Source: a virus
Taxonomy: Duplodnaviria; Caudoviricetes
Virus record (IMG/VR): IMGVR_UViG_3300033998_000181
Coordinates: 1 to 53,416 of that record
Reading direction: 5' to 3' (one strand)
Length of the DNA: 53,416 nucleotides
How positions within the stretch are numbered: position 1 is the first letter of the stretch; the number at the start of each line of letters is the position of its first letter. The notes below the pieces were generated by a model. That model saw only the letters and a program-made list of their open reading frames with translations. It was not told where the DNA came from and ran no database searches. Both the position numbers and the translations under genes were made by a program. Of the stretch, positions 1 to 9,570 are shown in pieces.

Positions 1-1234
1 TGTGACCTGTAAAAGACCATTCTTGAGCACCACTAGAATTGATCTTACGAACTGTTCTATCTCTTGAACCGCTAAAACATCCACCATCAGTAGGGTGCGC
101 CGACACACTACCCACAGTATTGGTGTGACCTGTAAAAGACCATTCTTGAGCACCACTAGAATTGATCTTACGAACCGTGTTATCGTCTGAACCGCTAAAA
201 CATCCACCATCAGTAGGATGTGCAGACACACCGTACACAGTACTGGTGTGACCTGTAAAAGACCATTCTTGAGCACCACTAGAATTGATCTTACGAACTG
301 TTCTATCTCTTGAACCGCTAAAACATCCACCATCAGTAGGGTGCGCCGACACACTACCCACAGTATTGGTGTGACCTGTAAAAGACCATTCTTGAGCACC
401 ACTAGAATTGATCTTACGAACCGTGTTATCGTCTGAACCGCTAAAACATCCACCATCAGTAGGATGTGCAGACACACCGTACACAGTACTGGTGTGACCT
501 GTAAAAGACCATTTCTGTAATCCAGTAGCGTCAATTTTACGAACCGTGTTATCGTCTGAACCGCTAAAACATCCACCATCAGTAGGATGTGCAGACACAC
601 CGTACACAGTACTGGTGTGACCTGTAAATCTACCCACTATTGCTGGTTTTGTAAGACCTAACTTATCAGTGCTTATATAATCACCTATCTTGTAATCTCC
701 TTCTTTGACGGTGCCGGTAACTCCAAAAATTGTTACACCTTGTTTAATGTTCGAAGCTACTAAGTTCGCATCTCCTTTGACGTAGCCACTTCCATTGTGA
801 TAGCCAGCTGCTATCTCTTGGTTAGTAGTACCAGGCGTGATTACTACGGCACCTCTGTTAGGCATTGTACCTGTACGCTTCGCGCCGCCTTGATAGAAAG
901 TCTTACCGCTTAAAACATCACCTACAGCAGCATCAGCATCAGTAGAGATTGCACGTATCTTGTTTGCTAATGTATCGTAACTATCACTACCAGAAGCGGC
1001 TTGCCCCATAGCGGTAATAGCATCGGCTACAGTGGTTTTTCCGTTTACTGTATTAGTGTACAATTCATGTAGTGCGGCTTCGACGTTCTCAGCTACAAAA
1101 TGCCCTTCGGTGTCGATAAGTAGAATTCCGTCTGCGTTGCGTAGTACAGCGATGTTTCCTTCTATTCGATTCAAGTCAGTATCTGTTACCCCGTCTGCTG
1201 CAGTCCAGTTAGTTTTAGGAGTTTGCCAAGCCAA
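1..1234 (-). CDS. Tail fibre / receptor-binding protein, N-terminal part (runs off window start); shaft motifs then WD40-like repeats
   Basis: Not in the ORF track; translated by hand. TTG at 1234 after an AGGAGGGGAGG RBS: MAWQTPKTNW...DVLSGKTFY...GTMPNRG...GYHNGSG...NIKQGVTIFGVTGT (Firmicutes phage fibre motifs), then GHT..V..VSAHPTDGGCFSGS.D.TVRKI repeats. Open to base 1. Confidence 0.8.
   Translation of the reverse strand, partial: MAWQTPKTNWTAADGVTDTDLNRIEGNIAVLRNADGILLIDTEGHFVAENVEAALHELYTNTVNGKTTVADAITAMGQAASGSDSYDTLANKIRAISTDADAAVGDVLSGKTFYQGGAKRTGTMPNRGAVVITPGTTNQEIAAGYHNGSGYVKGDANLVASNIKQGVTIFGVTGTVKEGDYKIGDYISTDKLGLTKPAIVGRFTGHTSTVYGVSAHPTDGGCFSGSDDNTVRKIDATGLQKWSFTGHTSTVYGVSAHPTDGGCFSGSDDNTVRKINSSGAQEWSFTGHTNTVGSVSAHPTDGGCFSGSRDRTVRKINSSGAQEWSFTGHTSTVYGVSAHPTDGGCFSGSDDNTVRKINSSGAQEWSFTGHTNTVGSVSAHPTDGGCFSGSRDRTVRKINSSGAQEWSFTGH
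8..622 (-). repeat. Five tandem 123-bp (41-aa) WD40-like coding repeats
   Basis: TGTGACCTGTAAA recurs at 1, 124, 247, 370, 493 and 616. Unit order on the minus strand is B',B,A,B,A (A = TNTVGS/RDR, B = TSTVYG/DDN). Confidence 0.95.
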
Positions 1235-1246
1235 AAGCCTCCCCTC

Positions 1247-1438
1247 CTATCTAGTAACTGTATACAACTCATGTAAAGCACCTTCTAGAGTAGTGGATGT
1301 GAAATGTCCTTCTGTATCGATGATCAGTACATTGTCGGCCGTACGCAATAAACGAATGTTCTCTTCAATCCTGTTGAAGTCGTTGTAAGTTATACCTGGT
1401 ACCGAAGTCCAGTCGGTTTTAGGTGTTTGCCACGCCAG
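1247..1438 (-). CDS. 63-aa paralog of the tail-fibre N-terminus, probable CTG start
   Basis: (M)AWQTPKTDWTSVPGITYNDFNRIEENIRLLRTADNVLIIDTEGHFTSTTLEGALHELYTVTR aligns with the first ~60 aa of the downstream fibre. An AGGAGGTG RBS precedes the CTG, and an in-frame TGA lies just upstream. Confidence 0.75.
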   Translation of the reverse strand: MAWQTPKTDWTSVPGITYNDFNRIEENIRLLRTADNVLIIDTEGHFTSTTLEGALHELYTVTR

Positions 1439-1451
1439 AGTAGTTCACCTC

Positions 1452-4400
1452 CTATACCTTTTGTCCTTCCACTGTAGCCTCTAAAGATCCTGCCCAGTTA
1501 ATCTCTTGTCTCTTTACCATATACTCGTACGTAACGTTTTGTAGATGACCAGGTGCGACAACTCTGTGACCTAATTTAAGTGCTATATTACCTCTCGTGT
1601 TCATTACTATGTCATAGCGAGCGTTTTTGCACAAGTTTAACAGATCGTCTGCCAGCTGTTGTGCATACGCCCTGGTTTGGATGAAGTCGTGTTGTATTGT
1701 TGCTTTGATTTTACCAGTCTCTTTAATTAAAAGATCGTCTTTAGCTACAGCCACCACGCTACTCCTCTGCTCCAGTGGCTGCCCTTGTACTGTTATCTGT
1801 GTCACTCGTTCAGTGCCAGTACCATTGTTACGCAACTTGAGTGTAACACCCCACGCGTAGGAGGTGTAACTAACAAGTTGGATATCTGGATCGGCAACAA
1901 TTGTAGGAGCTTGCACGTTGACGACTGGGACGGAGGAGAAGCCATACGTGAGTTCAACTTCTTGTCCAGCAAGTATCTCTACTACTTCGTTACAATCGAG
2001 AACTGTACTAGCAGCACCTGGCGCCCACTGAGTTGCTACTACTTCGATATAGTTTGCAATTTGGTTCCATACCAGTGGGAAATCCTTGTCAAACAAGTTC
2101 TTATCATCGTCAAACGTATAGATTACAGTAGGCGTAGGCTGAGTTCTTTCTACTATAACTTTTCCATATTCCCTATCGCAGTAAACTTGTACAATAGCCA
2201 TACCAGCTAGTTGCTGAAGTGCGTCGCGATGGCTCATGCGATCGAACCATGCATATGGTATGATTATTGACTGTAGCGAAGGATCGATATAGTATTCATC
2301 GACTCTCAAACCTGCATCTCGAAGTACTAGCTCGAACAGCTGGTACAAACTATAGTTTTCATATACAGTAGACGTTACGAAATCTGTTTGTCTCAAAAGT
2401 TCAAGCCTATCACGTGCTGTTGTATATACCCATACCGATTGATCAGGAACTCTCCAAAGTACCGTCCAGAAGACTCCTAAGGGATGCCATTCAATCTCCC
2501 CGGGTACTATCTCGACACCCAGCCAAGCTCTTACTCTGCGGTTCTGTTTTAATAAACCGTTCAAAGGAGAAGCGGTGTTACCTAAATTGAACCTGCCGTC
2601 GGTGTTATCCAATGTAATATCTATTTCGTTAGATGAGACGGAGCCCAAAGTAACAGAAGCACTGGGGAACTCGAGCTCCTCTAGTAGATGTATGCTTTCA
2701 ATTTTATCTCCTTCGTATGTTTCTACAACGTTGGTGAAGAACTCTGTAATTTTCGCTACTTGGTTTGGCTTACTAATCCTAGTAATGGTAAGTACTATCT
2801 TCTTCACGTTTTGTACATCTGGTATGTCTTTGTGCCATACCGCTTGGTTGTTGTTCGTGACGACCTCTTCGTATAGTAGCAAGTTGTTTGAGTCGTATAG
2901 TTGTATTGAAAAGTCTACCGGATAGTTTTCCAACAACGAGTCACCGGCAACCATCAACTCATAAAGAAGACGTGGCTGTTGAAACTCGGCAGCTATAACT
3001 ACAGGAGTTGCGAAACGTCCTTCCGCATCGGAGAGCTCGGTGCCCCACCACCCTACAGAATATTCCTTGTTTCCTGGCATAGGATGGTAACTACCATCGA
3101 GTTTGTTGTCGTGCAAAGAGAACCACTTGTATTGTGGTTGCACGATGTTATCGGTGATTTGCTCAGGGTAAGTATATCGTCCAGTTGGTGGAGTAGTTAT
3201 TACCATGTCAGAATCCATAAATGGATTCGTATAAACTATTTCTACTTTGCCGTAGATGGTACGTGCATCCTCGTCCATCTTAGTATGGACATTAGTGGGT
3301 GTGCTTAGTTCTGCTAACACTGGTAGTAGTGTGTCAGGACGCGTTAAGTTTACAGTAATTTGACCGTCTTCAACACGAGACGATAGCAGAACCGTATCGG
3401 CTTTTGTAAAACGTACTGTAATGTCTTTTACCTCGTTAAGTTTAGATAGTAGTATATCTGTTTTTGTGAATTTGCTAACGACGGGCACTGATACTTCTTG
3501 TGTTTTAGGTAGTAGTGTGTCAGTTCTGCGGAATTGATACTGCCTGAAGAACGAACTATCTGCGACTTTAGGCAGCAAAGTATCTGCTTTGGCAAAACTT
3601 ACCGTGGTAGCTGCTTTGCTATCTACAAGCTTAGAAAGTAATGTGTCTGCCGACCATATACCTATGCCCACCGATAGTTTGGCGTCAGCTACTTTAGGTA
3701 ACAGAGTATCCTTACGTACTATAGAGAACTCGTTCGATGCCTCCGTTAGTACCACAGGGGAAGCTGCAGACATCTTATAAACGGTGACGTCCATTACAGT
3801 GAAGTCATAAGTCTGTGACAATACTTCAGACCATTGAACTTGTGTATTACCTCTAACCTGACGTTCTAGTAACTTGTTCGCGTTAGCGTCGTAGAGTTGT
3901 ATATCGAAATCGACAGGATAGGTATTGCGTTGTGTATCACCATGAACCCGTAACTTGTGCGCCGATCGTGGCGTGTCCAGCTTCCACCGAACTACAGAAG
4001 CACCAGGTACCTGTGTCCACGTAGCCCCGTAGATCGTACCATGGTTAGCATTCACAGTCTTATCGTAAACAACGTTACCTGAGCCTTCGTCCAAAGTCCA
4101 GTAACCAATTAAGCCTGATTCGTCACCCTTTAGGGGCTTGTTCATGTCACGTTGAATCTCTGCTTGCGAACGGACATAGTTCCATATCCTGAGTTCTAAC
4201 AGTACTCCAGGAAAACATCCATGACCTTCCGGCGGCGCCGAGGTACCACTAGGCCACGAAAATCTCCACCCGTTACTCGACTTGTCAAGCGCGCCGCCCC
4301 CAGATTTCATTACACCGCTGCGGCTAAGAGCACCGTTTTTATACGCGTAACCGTGTCCAGTAACACTGTCATAGGCGTAGGTTAGCCATGCGATTTCACC

Positions 4401-4889
4401 TACTGCTATTTGCTCACCTGAAAAGGCTCCACCGATACTCCGATAGTCGGTGTCACCTACCCGAACGGTAAAGTTGATTGTTCTGTTCTGCTCCAAAATA
4501 AGGAAGCAAGGTGCCGTCCAGCCTCGAGGATTCAACAACCATCTCCAGTTGTTGTTGTCATCGGTGTCTGGATTGGCTGTCAACATAATCTTTAACTCGA
4601 TGGTAATACTATCAGGCTGTAGTATAGATGCATAAGGAAAGTCTGTGTAGTCATCTATACCATCTAGATTGAGTGCAGGTCTCTGAATATTTCCACCGAC
4701 GTCCGGTAAGTATGCGCCGATGAAGCCTACTTGCTCACTACCATCTGCTGGTATAGGATGGAACGTACCATCCAGAAGATTGCCGGCGAGGGTGAACCAC
4801 TTACGGGCCGACCCTACAACTTCGTCAAAGACTTGCGCAGCAAACGAACCGTTTGCCTGTTTGGTTGTGATTACTCCCATTTGGCTCAC
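1452..4889 (-). CDS. Large tail-tip/hub protein with LamG (concanavalin A-like) domain
   Basis: 1145 aa downstream of TMP/Dit. LamG motifs LNLDGIDDY...ELRIWN...LIGYWTLDEGSG; duplicated YPVDF.IQLYD module; DTLLPK repeats. Confidence 0.75.
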   Translation of the reverse strand: MSQMGVITTKQANGSFAAQVFDEVVGSARKWFTLAGNLLDGTFHPIPADGSEQVGFIGAYLPDVGGNIQRPALNLDGIDDYTDFPYASILQPDSITIELKIMLTANPDTDDNNNWRWLLNPRGWTAPCFLILEQNRTINFTVRVGDTDYRSIGGAFSGEQIAVGEIAWLTYAYDSVTGHGYAYKNGALSRSGVMKSGGGALDKSSNGWRFSWPSGTSAPPEGHGCFPGVLLELRIWNYVRSQAEIQRDMNKPLKGDESGLIGYWTLDEGSGNVVYDKTVNANHGTIYGATWTQVPGASVVRWKLDTPRSAHKLRVHGDTQRNTYPVDFDIQLYDANANKLLERQVRGNTQVQWSEVLSQTYDFTVMDVTVYKMSAASPVVLTEASNEFSIVRKDTLLPKVADAKLSVGIGIWSADTLLSKLVDSKAATTVSFAKADTLLPKVADSSFFRQYQFRRTDTLLPKTQEVSVPVVSKFTKTDILLSKLNEVKDITVRFTKADTVLLSSRVEDGQITVNLTRPDTLLPVLAELSTPTNVHTKMDEDARTIYGKVEIVYTNPFMDSDMVITTPPTGRYTYPEQITDNIVQPQYKWFSLHDNKLDGSYHPMPGNKEYSVGWWGTELSDAEGRFATPVVIAAEFQQPRLLYELMVAGDSLLENYPVDFSIQLYDSNNLLLYEEVVTNNNQAVWHKDIPDVQNVKKIVLTITRISKPNQVAKITEFFTNVVETYEGDKIESIHLLEELEFPSASVTLGSVSSNEIDITLDNTDGRFNLGNTASPLNGLLKQNRRVRAWLGVEIVPGEIEWHPLGVFWTVLWRVPDQSVWVYTTARDRLELLRQTDFVTSTVYENYSLYQLFELVLRDAGLRVDEYYIDPSLQSIIIPYAWFDRMSHRDALQQLAGMAIVQVYCDREYGKVIVERTQPTPTVIYTFDDDKNLFDKDFPLVWNQIANYIEVVATQWAPGAASTVLDCNEVVEILAGQEVELTYGFSSVPVVNVQAPTIVADPDIQLVSYTSYAWGVTLKLRNNGTGTERVTQITVQGQPLEQRSSVVAVAKDDLLIKETGKIKATIQHDFIQTRAYAQQLADDLLNLCKNARYDIVMNTRGNIALKLGHRVVAPGHLQNVTYEYMVKRQEINWAGSLEATVEGQKV

Positions 4890-4908
4890 CCTCCCTTACC
4901 TAACGTTG

Positions 4909-5289
4909 TTAAGCACCAATATTAACAGTGATTTGCACTTCGAAAATCCATGTTTGTCCACTTAGTTTCGTTCCGTTATATTCAACCAAACGACTCAACA
5001 TAGTGCCTCCTGTAGCTGCGTTGAATACACCCCACTCCTGCCACTCAAAGTTTGCTTCAGTACCAGTGAAGGTAGATCTAAACGTGATTACATTGCCGCT
5101 ACGTGTAGGGTGTCCTGCATCCATTCCTTTGCGAAACTTGTTAGTTCCTTGTAAGTCCGTTTGCGCGGCATCAAAAGCAACTGTGCCGTCGCCGACGCCG
5201 ATGCAGGCATTCGCATTGTCAAACAAAACAGTTTCTGCACCAATCAACGCACCTGCAATGAAGTCACGTCCTGCATTAGTGAGTGGCAT
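4909..5289 (-). CDS. Minor tail/baseplate protein
   Basis: 126 aa; LTNAGRD..IGVGDG..TDLQG..EANFEWQEWGVFN pattern typical of phage tail-tip proteins; tail module position. Confidence 0.6.
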   Translation of the reverse strand: MPLTNAGRDFIAGALIGAETVLFDNANACIGVGDGTVAFDAAQTDLQGTNKFRKGMDAGHPTRSGNVITFRSTFTGTEANFEWQEWGVFNAATGGTMLSRLVEYNGTKLSGQTWIFEVQITVNIGA

Positions 5290-5557
5290 TCTTGATACCT
5301 CCTTTATGCCGTCTCATACTCTTTAGCTCTTCAGGTGTAAGTAACCTGCCGCGACGTTTCACTTCTTCTGGATCGACGCCTTGTTCTCTAAGTAGACGCT
5401 CTGCTTCCTCTCCCTCTAGCGCATGTACTTTTTCTACTATTTCGAACGGTTCATCTGTTTCTGGATTTTGTCCCTCGTGAAACTTATAAATTCTGTTCCT
5501 TACAGTTACAGTTATCTTGACGCCATCTCCTAACATAATATCCCTCCTATTGTTCAA
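5276..5557 (-). CDS. Hypothetical tail-module protein
   Basis: ORF overlapping both neighbours in the tail operon; internal AGGAGG RBS near 5543-5548. Confidence 0.55.
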   Translation of the reverse strand: MNNRRDIMLGDGVKITVTVRNRIYKFHEGQNPETDEPFEIVEKVHALEGEEAERLLREQGVDPEEVKRRGRLLTPEELKSMRRHKGGIKNATH

Positions 5558-5891
5558 TTAACGAAAATTCCACATCTGTCCAGTACCATTTGCCGTCAGT
5601 GCGGAAACGTTTGCGTTTGATTGCGCCCACATACACGATTGCACTACGTAACTGTCCATTATCTTCGTATTCTAGTGTAAAGAATGACTTGTCGCTGTAT
5701 AAAATGTTACGTATCTTTTCTAAATCCGTACCAGAAAGGACTTTGTAACTTAAATTAAACTTCCGTTTCTTAGCAATGACGTCCATCGTCATCTTACCAG
5801 AAGCGACCCTACCAGCTTTTGTTAGCTTATACTCCTCAACGTCCCAGTCGGTAGGATTTTTGATTTGAACACCGTCGATCTTGACTATCAA
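5547..5891 (-). CDS. Distal tail (Dit)-like protein
   Basis: 114 aa directly after TMP; GR.ASGKM..D.IAKKRK..L.Y and C-terminal V.FSLIEQ motifs. Confidence 0.65.
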   Translation of the reverse strand: MIVKIDGVQIKNPTDWDVEEYKLTKAGRVASGKMTMDVIAKKRKFNLSYKVLSGTDLEKIRNILYSDKSFFTLEYEDNGQLRSAIVYVGAIKRKRFRTDGKWYWTDVEFSLIEQ

Positions 5892-8800
5892 CGTATCCTA
5901 CCTCCTCTCCGTTGGGACTCTCTGAGATTGATAATCTCTAACTTCCTGGCAAGTTCTTTCAGTCCACGTTCGTCAGCAATCAATGTGCCTACATACAGAG
6001 GAGGCATTGGTGATGCGATGCCTTCTGGCATTACCGCAGCGATTGCATCTGCGATCATTTCCGCGAACGGTCTCGCAGCTTCTCCTTGCAACGGTATAAC
6101 AGCTTCAGGTCTGTTGTTACCTGCGAGTCTTACGATTGTATCTCTCGTCACGATGCCGCCGGTGTCTAAAAGTGGCAGCTCTGGAATGTCGGGCAGATCT
6201 ACAGTAAATCCACCAAACGTACCTACAAAAGGTATGTGAAACTCAGGTACACGAATTTGAATTCTATTAAACTTACGAATAAATTTGTTAATCGCTTCGA
6301 TTATATGGTTAATCGTACGTTTAATAGTATCTTTAATTTCATTCCACACCGACTGTGTAGCAGACTTCAAAGACTCCCATATACTCAAGACAGTGTTTTT
6401 CAACTCTTGAAATTTCCCAGTTACGCTTGTGTAAATACCTTGCACTATTCCGCTAATAGTTGTCTGTATAGTTGTCCAAACAGTCGTAACGCTGTTGCTG
6501 ATTTCTTGCATCAACGTTTCGATAGTAGTTTTGATGGCATCCCACCAAGTAAAAACAGACGTCCAAATATCAGTGAGAGCTGTTTCAATAGTAGTTTTGA
6601 TGGTATCCCACCAAGTAGAAACAGAGGTCCAAATATTAGTAAGAATTGTGTCGATAGTAGTTTTAATATTGTTCCACCAAGTGGAAACAGACGTCCAAAT
6701 AGCGACAAGCTTTGTTGTAATTGATGTTTTGATGGCATCCCACCGCGTTGTGATAGAAGTCCAGATTGCGTTAAGCTTCATTTCAATCGCTTGTTTTATC
6801 TGATCCCATTTCGTTTGTACTTCCTGCCTAGTCTGGTCTAACGTTGCAGCTGCTGCCTTCTTAGCATTCGTGAACATAGTAGTTACAACAAGTATAAAGG
6901 TAGCAGCGCCTGCAGCAACGGTCGCAGATATACTCGCAACCCAAGCAGCTACTGCAAAAACGATCGCACCGAGTATTCCAATAATCAACCCTTTATGCTC
7001 TTCGAAAAAGCTGGTTACGGCGCTCAGTCCTTCTGCTGCTCTCTGCTTAAAAGCGTCGAACGACTCGCCTACTCTTGCAGGTAGTTGTTTGATTACATCA
7101 ACGACTCCTTGTACTTTTTCCTGTACCGCCGTCCTAACATCTTCCCACACTTGCCATACCTTTGCGGGAAGGGCTTGAAACGCGTCGACGACACCACGAA
7201 CTCTTTGACGCACATCAGATTCGAAGCCTTCCCATGCTCTCCTCATCCGCTCGAGAGCATCTCTTAAAGGTTGTCCTAACCGATCTAAGCTCTCGTTAAA
7301 CCTGCGTACCCACTCACGCACTCCGGCAGTGGCAAGTGCGTAAAGCACAGCTAGCTTGGCAAGAAACGCAGCTAGATCTTCTACCACGGACGGTAGTGGA
7401 GGGAGGAACTGTGGCGGAGGAATAATAAGAGGTCCTTTATCCTTGAGAGACTTTCCTAACTCCTCCAACTTCTCCTTCAATCGATCTAGCCACCCTACTC
7501 CTTCTTTTAGCTTGCCTTCATCGATAGAAGGAGCACCAATCTCTGGTAGAGCAGGCACGTCAGGTATGTTAGGAATACCAGGTAGAAGGCCGCCCAGATC
7601 GCCTAAGCCTCCGGCACTCATATCTTTGACTTGTTCAGGAACTTCGTACACTTCGTCGAACGCAGCTAAAAACTTCTTAAACTCGCCCCCAGCTTTCTTT
7701 GCTTTGCCCCCTGCTTTCTTGGTGCTATCACCTACATCATCTATAGCATCCTTTGCTGTCCCCAAGCTCTGCCCGCTACTAATGAATTCTTTGAAACTCT
7801 TATTGTACTCACTCCACCATTTGTTTATAGCACTGGGATCTTCCGGCTGCAACATTGAGCCCATATCATATCCAAGCAGCTTCCCCATTTGCCTCATTAT
7901 ACGGTCGAGCCAAGCGCTGGCAGTTTTGGAACTTAAGGCCAGACCGATCAACGCAGCCGAAAGTAAAGTGATGACGCCAATTATCGGGTTTCGTACCATT
8001 GCTGCGTGCAAGGCAAGGATTGCGTTTTTCAACATTACAATTAAACGAGCTACAGGACCCGCAATAGCAAGTGCCTTGATCGCAAGTGCAAGTCGTTGGA
8101 GTAGACTTAACACCGTACCAGTGATGATGAGGGTAGCGATGGTACCTGCAAGGTGTCGCACTAATGGGACGTTGCTGGTAAGCCACTTAGCAAGTTCAGC
8201 TAGTGTCCTGACGAGAGCAGAGATGATAGGAAGTACTATTCCAAGAGTACGAAGGACTATCTCTCCAACGGCAGATGCAATAGGCATTACAGCGTCCCTT
8301 AAAGCTACAAAACCATCTGCTAAACTCTTCAAAGCTATAAGAATTGATTTGATGGTGCCTTGCAGCTGCGGCGGAAACAACTCCTGAAGTAGTGCACCTA
8401 GGCCACGTTCCCTTGTAATCTTCCTTAAATATTGCAACCTATCAGCTAACTGTTCCAATTTAACCCTGATGCTTTCAAAAACTGGAGTAAATACTGTATT
8501 ACCTAAGAACATCAGGTTATCGTGTATATTACTTATCAGTCCGCGAGTAGTCCTGTTAATTCTTTCTGCAGCGCCACCGAAGCGTTTTTCTATTCCAATA
8601 AGCAGTGCTCTAATAGCAGTTTCCGCAGGTATCCCTTGCTTACCTAGATTCTCCATTTGCTTAGCAGTCAACCCAAGTTCTTCCCGTAAAATCTGGAACG
8701 CAGGGATGCCGCGTTCGGCAAGCTGCATCATTTCTTCCCACTCGACCTTACCTTTGGTAAGGATCTGACCGAGTGCATTTGCAATACCTTCCACTACATC

Positions 8801-9328
8801 GGGGCCCGCACCACGCACCGTAGCGGCGTCAATGACTGCTTGCATTATGGGAATTACTGCCTTTGCGTTAAAACCTAAAGCCATCAGCTGCGTTGCGAGA
8901 CGCTGTGTCTGCTCATATACCAGTGGTGTTTTGGCAGTGAAATCCTCAAGAGCATAAAGGAAGCCTTCAGCTTCTCTTCTACTTCCCAAGAGCAGTTCGA
9001 AGGATACAGCGGCTTCTTGCATCTCAGCATTGAACCTACCGAGAGAGTAAACCGCACTCTCGACAGTGTTGAGCAAGTTGTAGAAGCTCTGGGATATTAA
9101 GATACCAGTGATAACCTTACTGGTATCTTTTACGTATCCCCGAACGGCCCAAGTGAACCGCTGAAATCTCTCTTCTGTCTTGTCAATTTCTTTTCTTGGT
9201 TTGGGCCCGAAGGACCTCTCCATCTCTTCGCCGAGTTTGCTGATTCGTCCTACGGCGTCATCAAGAGCCCTATGGAACTTAGATAAAGTTACGGAGAGGT
9301 CCAGACGCAAAGATCCAACGTTTAGCAT
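5888..9328 (-). CDS. Tape measure protein
   Basis: 1146 aa; tape-measure domain (ALGQI..KGKV..EEM.QLAERGIP); hydrophobic segments; 22-aa Trp-periodic repeats; follows the tail chaperones. Confidence 0.93.
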   Translation of the reverse strand: MLNVGSLRLDLSVTLSKFHRALDDAVGRISKLGEEMERSFGPKPRKEIDKTEERFQRFTWAVRGYVKDTSKVITGILISQSFYNLLNTVESAVYSLGRFNAEMQEAAVSFELLLGSRREAEGFLYALEDFTAKTPLVYEQTQRLATQLMALGFNAKAVIPIMQAVIDAATVRGAGPDVVEGIANALGQILTKGKVEWEEMMQLAERGIPAFQILREELGLTAKQMENLGKQGIPAETAIRALLIGIEKRFGGAAERINRTTRGLISNIHDNLMFLGNTVFTPVFESIRVKLEQLADRLQYLRKITRERGLGALLQELFPPQLQGTIKSILIALKSLADGFVALRDAVMPIASAVGEIVLRTLGIVLPIISALVRTLAELAKWLTSNVPLVRHLAGTIATLIITGTVLSLLQRLALAIKALAIAGPVARLIVMLKNAILALHAAMVRNPIIGVITLLSAALIGLALSSKTASAWLDRIMRQMGKLLGYDMGSMLQPEDPSAINKWWSEYNKSFKEFISSGQSLGTAKDAIDDVGDSTKKAGGKAKKAGGEFKKFLAAFDEVYEVPEQVKDMSAGGLGDLGGLLPGIPNIPDVPALPEIGAPSIDEGKLKEGVGWLDRLKEKLEELGKSLKDKGPLIIPPPQFLPPLPSVVEDLAAFLAKLAVLYALATAGVREWVRRFNESLDRLGQPLRDALERMRRAWEGFESDVRQRVRGVVDAFQALPAKVWQVWEDVRTAVQEKVQGVVDVIKQLPARVGESFDAFKQRAAEGLSAVTSFFEEHKGLIIGILGAIVFAVAAWVASISATVAAGAATFILVVTTMFTNAKKAAAATLDQTRQEVQTKWDQIKQAIEMKLNAIWTSITTRWDAIKTSITTKLVAIWTSVSTWWNNIKTTIDTILTNIWTSVSTWWDTIKTTIETALTDIWTSVFTWWDAIKTTIETLMQEISNSVTTVWTTIQTTISGIVQGIYTSVTGKFQELKNTVLSIWESLKSATQSVWNEIKDTIKRTINHIIEAINKFIRKFNRIQIRVPEFHIPFVGTFGGFTVDLPDIPELPLLDTGGIVTRDTIVRLAGNNRPEAVIPLQGEAARPFAEMIADAIAAVMPEGIASPMPPLYVGTLIADERGLKELARKLEIINLRESQRRGGRIR

Positions 9329-9339
9329 GTGTACCCCTC

Positions 9340-9570
9340 CTACAAGACTTGGTCGATATAACCAAGCCTCGAGGGTTTGCCTCGTCGACCTCGTTTCGTG
9401 TTAGCGTTTGTACTATTAGAATTCCTAATTACTTCTTCGTGCACATAGAGGAGCGCAATTAATCGCTTGGGTTGAGTACGCCAGAACTCTTCGTCTGACA
9501 TACCCAACACTACTGTACCTAGGTAGTACAGATACCTCCAATCCCATCCATCATCTACGTCTGAGAGTTT
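9340..9570 (-). CDS. Tail assembly chaperone -1 frameshift extension (gpGT-like)
   Basis: The -1 frame after GGGAAAC reads KLSDVDDGWDWRYLYYLGTVVLGMSDEEFWRTQPKRLIALL...GYIDQVL* and ends just before the TMP start. Confidence 0.8.
   Translation of the reverse strand, partial: KLSDVDDGWDWRYLYYLGTVVLGMSDEEFWRTQPKRLIALLYVHEEVIRNSNSTNANTKRGRRGKPSRLGYIDQVL

Noticed and set aside
1-622. 123-bp repeats as a CRISPR array or DGR template/variable repeat
   Set aside because: No unique spacers, the units are in-frame coding repeats, and no reverse transcriptase gene is present.
1032-1388. + strand 118-aa ORF with internal duplication
   Set aside because: Antisense shadow of the two paralogous minus-strand genes, which have RBSs and fit the operon.
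6460-6830. 66-bp periodic repeats in the tape measure gene
   Set aside because: Ordinary 11/22-aa Trp-periodic TMP repeats.
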